This document shows, piece after piece, positions 1 to 5,086 of a stretch of 5,086 nt of DNA. Numbering within the stretch: position 1 is the stretch's first letter; every line of letters starts with the position of its first letter. This stretch comes from a virus. Lineage: Duplodnaviria > Heunggongvirae > Uroviricota > Caudoviricetes. The position numbers and the translations under genes are program-made. The DNA is taken from the IMG/VR virus record IMGVR_UViG_2667527591_000010, one strand, 5' to 3'. The notes beneath the pieces are model-generated. The model was not told the DNA's origin. It was given only the letters and a program-made list of their open reading frames with translations, and searched no databases.

Positions 1-90
1 TAAGCTACTCTCCATTATTCACAACAAAACAAACTTTATAAATTTTATTTTTTTGTGAAGTTACCAGCATCTTTTCTGTTCTTGCTGTGG

Positions 91-99
91 TGATATAGT
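91..99 (+). promoter_or_regulatory. Candidate extended -10 element (TGaTATAGT) for the regulator gene promoter, in an AT-rich leader
   Basis: TG at 91-92, one spacer base, then TATAGT at 94-99, about 30 nt upstream of the ATG at 131. No good -35 hexamer at 17 bp spacing. Sequence motif only. Confidence 0.25.
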
Positions 100-130
100 G
101 GCGTCTTCAATTCAAGGACAAGAGAACGTG

Positions 131-1021
131 ATGAGCCAGTCAGAGTTTGATTCAGCGCTTCCGAACGGTATCGGGTTAGCGCCTTACCTGCGAATGAAGC
201 AGGAAGGAATGACAGAAAACGAAAGCCGCATCGTGGAGTGGTTACTCAAACCCGGTAACCTGAGTTGTGCACCCGCAATTAAAGATGTCGCAGAAGCTCT
301 GGCGGTATCTGAAGCGATGATCGTTAAGGTATCAAAGCTGCTGGGGTTTAGCGGCTTTCGTAACTTACGCAGTGCGCTGGAAGATTATTTTTCTCAGTCA
401 GAACAAGTATTGCCTTCCGAGTTGGCTTTTGATGAAGCGCCGCAGGATGTGGTGAATAAGGTATTTAACATCACTTTACGCACCATTATGGAAGGTCAGT
501 CGATCGTCAACGTTGATGAGATCCACCGTGCCGCCCGCTTTTTCTATCAGGCCAGACAGCGGGATTTGTACGGTGCCGGAGGATCAAATGCTATCTGTGC
601 TGATGTACAGCACAAGTTTTTGCGCATTGGCGTACGCTGCCAGGCCTATCCGGACGCTCACATCATGATGATGTCTGCTTCGTTGTTACAGGAAGGAGAT
701 GTGGTGCTGGTGGTGACCCATTCCGGGCGAACCAGTGATGTAAAAGCGGCTGTAGAACTGGCAAAAAAGAACGGGGCAAAGATTATTTGTATAACGCATA
801 GCTATCATTCACCAATAGCGAAGCTGGCCGATTATATTATTTGCTCACCGGCCCCGGAAACACCGTTATTAGGTCGTAATGCCTCGGCAAGAATATTACA
901 ACTGACTTTGCTGGACGCGTTTTTTGTCTCTGTCGCCCAGCTCAACATTGAACAAGCTAATATTAATATGCAAAAAACCGGCGCAATTGTTGATTTCTTC
1001 TCACCAGGCGCGCTGAAATAA
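131..1021 (+). CDS. rpiR: RpiR/AlsR-family transcriptional regulator (N-terminal HTH, C-terminal SIS phosphosugar-binding domain); repressor of the als operon and rpiB in E. coli
   Basis: The ORF track frame 98..1021 begins at a GTG; the ATG at 131 (MSQSEFDSALPNGIG...) gives 296 aa and is preceded by AAGGA/GAGAA RBS-like purines. SIS motif VVLVVTHSGRTSDV is present. Sequence matches my recollection of E. coli RpiR, and the gene sits directly upstream of alsB as in E. coli. Start codon choice (98 vs 131) is uncertain. Confidence 0.88.
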   Translation: MSQSEFDSALPNGIGLAPYLRMKQEGMTENESRIVEWLLKPGNLSCAPAIKDVAEALAVSEAMIVKVSKLLGFSGFRNLRSALEDYFSQSEQVLPSELAFDEAPQDVVNKVFNITLRTIMEGQSIVNVDEIHRAARFFYQARQRDLYGAGGSNAICADVQHKFLRIGVRCQAYPDAHIMMMSASLLQEGDVVLVVTHSGRTSDVKAAVELAKKNGAKIICITHSYHSPIAKLADYIICSPAPETPLLGRNASARILQLTLLDAFFVSVAQLNIEQANINMQKTGAIVDFFSPGALK

Positions 1022-1027
1022 GAAAAA

Positions 1028-1053
1028 GGTAATTCCGCCATCGCGGAGTTACC
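1028..1053. other. Imperfect inverted repeat / RNA hairpin in the rpiR-alsB intergenic region (11-bp stem, 4-nt loop)
   Basis: GGTAATTCCGC (1028-1038), loop CATC, GCGGAGTTACC (1043-1053); one G-U position. No T-run follows on the + strand; on the minus strand it would be followed by TTTTTCT. Could be an attenuator/terminator or an operator-like dyad. Confidence 0.3.
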
Positions 1054-1079
1054 TCTCCCCTTACCGTGAGAACATGATT

Positions 1080-1700
1080 ATGAATAAATATCTGAAATAT
1101 TTCAGCGGCACACTCGTGGGCTTAATGTTGTCAACCAGCGCTTTTGCTGCCGCCGAATATGCAGTCGTATTGAAAACACTCTCCAATCCATTTTGGGTAG
1201 ATATGAAAAAAGGCATTGAAGATGAAGCAAAAACGCTGGGCGTCAGCGTTGATATTTTTGCCTCTCCTTCAGAAGGCGATTTTCAATCTCAATTGCAGTT
1301 ATTTGAAGATCTCAGTAATAAAAATTACAAAGGTATCGCCTTCGCACCATTATCCTCAGTGAACCTGGTCATGCCTGTCGCCCGCGCATGGAAAAAAGGC
1401 ATTTATCTGGTCAATCTCGATGAAAAAATCGACATGGATAATCTGAAAAAAGCAGGCGGTAATGTGGAAGGTTTTGTCACCACCGATAATGTTGCCGTCG
1501 GGGCGAAAGGCGCGTCATTCATTATTGACAAGCTGGGTGCCGAAGGGGGTGAAGTCGCAATCATTGAGGGTAAAGCCGGTAACGCCTCCGGTGAAGCGCG
1601 TCGTAATGGTGCCACCGAAGCCTTCAAAAAAGCAAGCCAGATCAAGCTTGTCGCCAGCCAGCCTGCCGACTGGCAATATCATCGGAGCAGTGACCGCTGA
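1080..1700 (+). pseudogene. alsB: D-allose ABC transporter periplasmic binding protein, 3'-truncated: about 198 native codons then 8 out-of-frame foreign codons and a stop
   Basis: MNKYLKYFSGTLVGLMLSTSAFA/AAEY is a Sec signal peptide with an AFA cleavage motif, followed by a periplasmic sugar-binding fold sequence that matches recalled E. coli AlsB up to ...[10 protein letters not shown]. The continuation QYHRSSDR* is not AlsB (native recalled as DRIKALD..., total ~311 aa). The ORF track starts at ATG 1074 (MIM...); 1080 is the likely native start. Confidence 0.85.
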
Positions 1701-2553
1701 AGGTAAAAAAACAGGCATGAAAGCCCTGTTATCTGCCCAGTCACAGCTCGGCGTTAAACCGCGCATTCTCGGCGTGCCAGGTCACGACACGAAGGCGGTA
1801 GCTACTGAGTTGCTGAGCGTGGCGCAAAGCCTGCGTGGATTTGCTTACCTGTCAGCGTATGGTTGCAAGACAGTGCAGGAAGCAATCACTTACCGTGAAA
1901 ACTTCAGTCAGCGTGAAGGAATGCTGATCTGGCCCGACTTTACTGGCTGGGACACGGTGCTGAATGCCGAAGCAACGGCTTATGCCACCGCCCGTGCGCT
2001 TGGTCTGCGCGCCAAAATTGACGAGCAGACCGGATGGCACAAAAGCCTGTCCAACGTGGGCGTTAACGGTGTCACCGGAATTTCTGCTGATGTGTTCTGG
2101 GATCTGCAGGACCCGGCAACCGATGCGGGACTGCTGAACCAGAACGACGTCACCACCCTTATCCGCAAAGACGGTTTTCGCTTCTGGGGTTCCCGCTGCC
2201 TGAGTGATGACCCGCTCTTTGCCTTCGAAAACTACACCCGCACGGCGCAGGTGCTGACGGACACGATGGCAGAAGCGCACATGTGGGCGGTGGATAAACC
2301 GCTGAATCCGTCGCTGGCCCGCGACATTATCGAGGGTATCCGCGCCAAAATGCGCAGCCTGGTCAGTCAGGGCTATCTCATTGGTGGTGATTGCTGGCTG
2401 GATGAGTCGGTGAACGACAAAGACACGCTGAAAGCCGGAAAACTCACCATCGACTACGACTACACGCCAGTGCCGCCACTTGAAAACCTGATGCTGCGTC
2501 AGCGCATCACCGATCAGTACCTGGTGAATTTCTCCAGCCAGGTCAGCGCGTAA
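1674..2553 (+). pseudogene. FI: Contractile tail sheath protein (P2 gpFI family), C-terminal ~293 codons only; the N-terminal ~100+ codons and the native start are missing
   Basis: Frame-1 translation from about 1672 ([20 protein letters not shown]...[11 protein letters not shown]...PDFTGWDTV...[14 protein letters not shown]...[12 protein letters not shown]...[21 protein letters not shown]) matches the conserved C-terminal two-thirds of P2-family sheath proteins. The upstream part of track ORF 1462..2553 is an out-of-frame read of alsB. Confidence 0.85.
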
Positions 2554-2562
2554 GGGGACAAC

Positions 2563-3078
2563 ATGGCTTTACCACGCAAATTAAAACACCTGAACCTGTT
2601 TAATGACGGGAACAACTGGCAGGGGATCGTTGAGTCGCTGACGCTGCCGAAATTTACCCGCAAATATGAGAAGTATCGCGGCGGCGGAATGCCGGGTGCA
2701 GTGGATGTGGATCTGGGGCTGGATGACGGCGCACTGGATACGGAATTTTCCATTGGTGGTACTGAACTGCTGCTGTTTAAGCAGATGGGCAAAGCCACGG
2801 TAGATGGTATCCAGTTGCGCTTTACCGGCTCTATCCAGCGTGACGATACCGGGGAAGTGCAGGCCGTGGAGCTTGTGGTGCGTGGACGTCACAAAGAAGT
2901 GGATTCCGGCGAGTGGAAGACGGGCGAAAGCAACACCACCAAAGTGACCAGTACCAACAGCTACGCGAAGCTGACTATAAATGGTGAGGTGCTCTATGAA
3001 GTGGACCTTATCAACATGGTGGAAATTGTGGACGGTGTGGACCTGATGGAAGCGCACCGCAACGCCCTCGGCCTCTGA
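2563..3078 (+). CDS. FII: Phage tail tube protein (P2 gpFII family), 171 aa, apparently intact
   Basis: MALPRKLKHLNLFNDGNNWQG... matches the recalled P2 FII N-terminus. AAGGGG RBS lies 5-10 nt upstream, and the ATG is 9 nt after the sheath stop. Confidence 0.9.
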   Translation: MALPRKLKHLNLFNDGNNWQGIVESLTLPKFTRKYEKYRGGGMPGAVDVDLGLDDGALDTEFSIGGTELLLFKQMGKATVDGIQLRFTGSIQRDDTGEVQAVELVVRGRHKEVDSGEWKTGESNTTKVTSTNSYAKLTINGEVLYEVDLINMVEIVDGVDLMEAHRNALGL

Positions 3079-3089
3079 TGTATCTGAAC

Positions 3090-3107
3090 GGCGCGGGATA
3101 CCGCGCC
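3090..3107 (+). other. GC-rich perfect hairpin between tail tube and chaperone genes (7-bp stem GGCGCGG/CCGCGCC, loop GATA)
   Basis: Perfect inverted repeat 12 nt after the FII stop, with no following U-tract. Candidate partial terminator or mRNA-stability element setting the tube:chaperone ratio. Confidence 0.35.
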
Positions 3108-3132
3108 AGAACCCAATTTACAGGACAGCAAA

Positions 3133-3435
3133 ATGAGCGATAAGCAGACTGAAAAGACTATTCAACTGGATACCCCCATCAAGCGCGGTAAAACAGAAAT
3201 CACCGAAATTGTGCTGCGTAAACCGCAGTCCGGTGCGCTGCGCGGTACACGCCTGCAGGCCATTATGGATATGGATGTGAACGCGATGATGACCGTGATC
3301 CCCCGCATCTCCAGTCCGGCACTGACTGCACAGGAAATTGCAGAGATGGACCCGGCAGATCTCACTGCCATGTCGGTTGAGGTTGTCACTTTTTTGTTGA
3401 AGAAGTCGGTGCTTGCCGGTTTACCGACAGCCTGA
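3133..3435 (+). CDS. E: Tail assembly chaperone (P2 gpE family), 100 aa zero-frame product
   Basis: AGGA RBS 7 nt upstream of the ATG. Small acidic protein in the canonical position between tube and tape measure genes, with the slippery heptamer near its 3' end. Confidence 0.85.
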   Translation: MSDKQTEKTIQLDTPIKRGKTEITEIVLRKPQSGALRGTRLQAIMDMDVNAMMTVIPRISSPALTAQEIAEMDPADLTAMSVEVVTFLLKKSVLAGLPTA

Positions 3436-3569
3436 CGGTTGACGATCTGGTGGCTGATATCGCCACCATCTTTCACTGGCCGCCATCCGTTACTGACGTT
3501 ATGCCGCTGACCGAAGTGCTGGAATGGCGGTATAAAGTGATTCAGAGAAGCGGGGCCAACGATGAGTGA
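3133..3569 (+). CDS. E+E': Tail assembly chaperone frameshift fusion product E+E' (about 144 aa; E residues 1 to ~88 joined to a ~57-aa -1 frame extension)
   Basis: Manual translation of the -1 frame from 3396 gives VEEVGACRFTDSLTVDDLVADIATIFHWPPSVTDVMPLTEVLEWRYKVIQRSGANDE* with no stops. Its end overlaps the T start codon (ATGAGTGA), as in P2 and the lambda G/GT paradigm. Confidence 0.65.
3390..3396 (+). promoter_or_regulatory. Programmed -1 ribosomal frameshift slippery heptamer T TTT TTG
   Basis: The heptamer lies in the E reading frame (codons TTT 3391-3393, TTG 3394-3396). The -1 frame is open from here to a TGA at 3567-3569. Same heptamer and position as the P2 E/E' frameshift. Confidence 0.6.
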
Positions 3570-5086
3570 TAATAACCTGCGCCTGCAGGTCATTCTTAAT
3601 GCGGTTGACAAACTCACCCGCCCATTCCGTGCTGCACAGGCCAGTTCGAAAGAGCTGGCTGGCGCAATTCAGAATACCCGAAACAGCCTCAAAGAACTAA
3701 ATAAGCAGGCTGGCAGAATTGATGAATTTCGCAAGACGCGCTCGCAACTAGCCATAACAGCCAACAACCTGAACGCAGCCCGCGAAGAGGCGGCAAAACT
3801 CGCCACACAATTTGCTGCCACTAACAGGCCAACCGCCGCGCAGGCAAAGTTATTCAGTCAGGCCAAAACACGAGTACAGGAACTTCAGCAGACCTATAAC
3901 GGCTTGTTGGGGGCGGTCCAGAGACAACGTCAGGCACTTAAAGAATCAGGGATTGATACCAGACAACTCAGTAGTGCCCAGCGAGAACTTAAGAAAAATG
4001 CCGAAGAAACTCGTCAGGCACTGGAGGGCCAGCAAAAAGCACTTAAACGTCTGGGTGAACAACAGGCACGGATGAACGCTGCCAGAGAACAATACTCAAG
4101 ACGGCTTGAAGTGCGCGATCGCATCGCAGGAGCCGGAGCCACCACCACGGCTGCAGGGCTGGCAATGGGCGCGCCAGTGATGGCGGCGGTAAAAAGCTAT
4201 ACCAGCATGGAAGATGCCATGAAAGGTGTGGCAAAGCAGGTCAATGGTCTGCGTGACGATAATGGCAACCGCACTGTGCGTTTTTACGAAATGCAGGATG
4301 CCATCAAAGCTGCCAGTGAACAGCTGCCAATGGAAAACGGTGCTGTGGACTTCGCCGCACTGGTTGAAGGTGGTGCGCGCATGAATGTGGCAAACCCTGA
4401 CGACAGCTGGGAGGACCAGAAACGTGACCTGCTGGCCTTCGCCAGTACGGCAGCAAAGGCGGCAACAGCCTTTGAGCTGCCAGCGGATGAACTGTCAGAA
4501 AGTCTGGGGAAAATCGCCCAGCTCTACAAAATACCAACCCGCAATATTGAACAGCTCGGTGATGCGCTGAACTATCTGGATGATAACGCTATGTCGAAAG
4601 GGGCAGACATCATTGATGTCATGCAACGCCTGGGCGGTGTGGCTGATCGTCTGGATTATCGTAAAGCGGCGGCGCTGGGTTCCACCTTCCTGACACTGGG
4701 GGCTGCGCCGGAGGTCGCTGCCAGTGCTGCCAACGCGATGGTGCGTGAATTGTCCATTGCCACCATGCAAAGCAAGAGTTTCTTTGAAGGGATGAATCTG
4801 CTGAAACTCAATCCTGAAGTGATTGAAAAGCAGATGACGAAGGATGCGATGGGAACTATCCAGCGTGTGCTGGAGAAGGTGAACGCACTGCCGCAGGACA
4901 AGCGTCTGTCTGCCATGACCATGTTGTTTGGTAAAGAGTTTGGCGATGACGCGGCGAAACTGGCAAACAACCTGCCGGAACTACAGCGCCAGCTAAAACT
5001 GACAGCGGGCAATGATGCGCTCGGTTCCATGCAGAAAGAATCCGACATCAACAAGGACTCACTTTCTGCTCAGTGGTTGCTGGTTA
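3562..5086 (+). CDS. T: Tail tape measure protein (P2 gpT family), N-terminal ~508 codons; 3' end lies beyond the window
   Basis: Not in the ORF track because no stop is reached. Manual translation of frame 1 from ATG 3562 is open to the window end: MSDNNLRLQVILNAVDKLTRPFRAAQASSKELAGAIQNTRNSLKELNKQAGRIDEF..., Ala/Gln-rich with coiled-coil-like heptads. The N-terminus matches recalled P2/186 T proteins. Confidence 0.9.
   Translation, partial: MSDNNLRLQVILNAVDKLTRPFRAAQASSKELAGAIQNTRNSLKELNKQAGRIDEFRKTRSQLAITANNLNAAREEAAKLATQFAATNRPTAAQAKLFSQAKTRVQELQQTYNGLLGAVQRQRQALKESGIDTRQLSSAQRELKKNAEETRQALEGQQKALKRLGEQQARMNAAREQYSRRLEVRDRIAGAGATTTAAGLAMGAPVMAAVKSYTSMEDAMKGVAKQVNGLRDDNGNRTVRFYEMQDAIKAASEQLPMENGAVDFAALVEGGARMNVANPDDSWEDQKRDLLAFASTAAKAATAFELPADELSESLGKIAQLYKIPTRNIEQLGDALNYLDDNAMSKGADIIDVMQRLGGVADRLDYRKAAALGSTFLTLGAAPEVAASAANAMVRELSIATMQSKSFFEGMNLLKLNPEVIEKQMTKDAMGTIQRVLEKVNALPQDKRLSAMTMLFGKEFGDDAAKLANNLPELQRQLKLTAGNDALGSMQKESDINKDSLSAQWLLV

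Larger units (their letters stand above)
1674..5086 (+). mobile_element. P2-like (Peduovirus-type) prophage remnant: tail module only, 5'-truncated within the sheath gene, continuing beyond the window
   Basis: Collinear sheath(FI)-tube(FII)-E-E'-T gene order with overlapping or closely spaced genes, as in P2/186 tail operons. No head, lysis, baseplate or fibre genes lie upstream; host alsB sequence abuts directly. Confidence 0.85.

Noticed and set aside
1-15. Reverse complement of the first bases reads ATGGAGAGTAGCTTA, a possible divergent gene start
   Set aside because: It does not match the expected divergent neighbour (rpiB begins MKKIAF in E. coli), and there is too little sequence to support an ORF, so it is treated as coincidence.
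706-713. Chi site GCTGGTGG on the + strand inside rpiR
   Set aside because: Chi octamers are frequent in enterobacterial genomes; a single occurrence is expected by background and has no specific implication here.
832-1041. 69-aa minus-strand ORF overlapping the 3' end of rpiR
   Set aside because: Antisense shadow ORF inside a well-supported gene, with low-complexity composition and no RBS.
1462-2553. 363-aa ORF in the track that appears to be a full-length protein
   Set aside because: Its first ~70 codons are an out-of-frame read of alsB (Pro/Ser/Lys-rich, no homology expected). Only the part from about 1674 onward is real tail sheath sequence, so it is a chimeric artifact of a truncated gene and not a complete CDS.
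2554-3561. Anti-phage defence or other cargo inserted in the prophage
   Set aside because: Intergenic gaps in the tail module are 9, 54 and 0 (overlapping) nt. There is no room for cargo genes and no unexplained ORFs. The known P2 cargo positions (Z/fun upstream of FI, and the tin/old region) are outside or deleted from this remnant.
1403-3617. Minus-strand ORFs 1403..1645, 1515..1766, 1852..2280, 1980..2168, 2514..2798, 2581..3057 and 3162..3617
   Set aside because: All lie antisense to strongly supported alsB or phage tail genes. Their translations are Arg/Pro/His-rich or low-complexity, as expected for shadow frames in GC-rich coding DNA.
3812-5054. Plus-strand ORFs 3812..4075 and 4385..4570 and minus-strand ORFs 4043..4234, 4304..4537, 4495..4770 and 4656..5054
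   Set aside because: They fall inside the tape measure gene T, which occupies frame 1 continuously from 3562 to the window end. They are alternative-frame or antisense artifacts.
1674-5086. Possibility that the tail module is a domesticated tailocin (R-type pyocin-like particle)
   Set aside because: The sheath gene lacks its 5' end and start codon, and no baseplate, spike, tail fibre or lysis genes are present upstream, where host DNA abuts directly. A functional contractile particle cannot be encoded from what is visible.
1-5086. CRISPR arrays, tRNA/rRNA genes, IS elements or terminal inverted repeats
   Set aside because: No spaced direct repeats, no tRNA-like cloverleaf candidates and no transposase-like ORFs were seen. 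The truncation junction shows no IS end, so a simple deletion is the more economical explanation.

Overview
This window is a junction between host chromosome and a decapitated P2-like prophage tail module, all on the + strand; I found no evidence of an undescribed system. The left ~1.67 kb is an enterobacterial D-allose locus: an RpiR/AlsR-type HTH+SIS regulator (131..1021) and the 5' two-thirds of the periplasmic D-allose-binding protein gene alsB (from 1080). The alsB frame breaks at about nt 1673 and continues, in a different frame, into the C-terminal ~293 codons of a P2-family tail sheath gene (FI). Downstream are an intact tail tube gene (FII, 2563..3078), the tail assembly chaperone E (3133..3435) with its -1 frameshift extension E' (slippery TTTTTTG at 3390..3396, product ending 3569), and the first ~508 codons of the tape measure gene T (3562 to the window end). 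The tail genes are tightly packed with no cargo genes between them. All minus-strand ORFs in the track look like antisense shadows. Protein identifications are from recalled family sequences and motifs, not from a database search.
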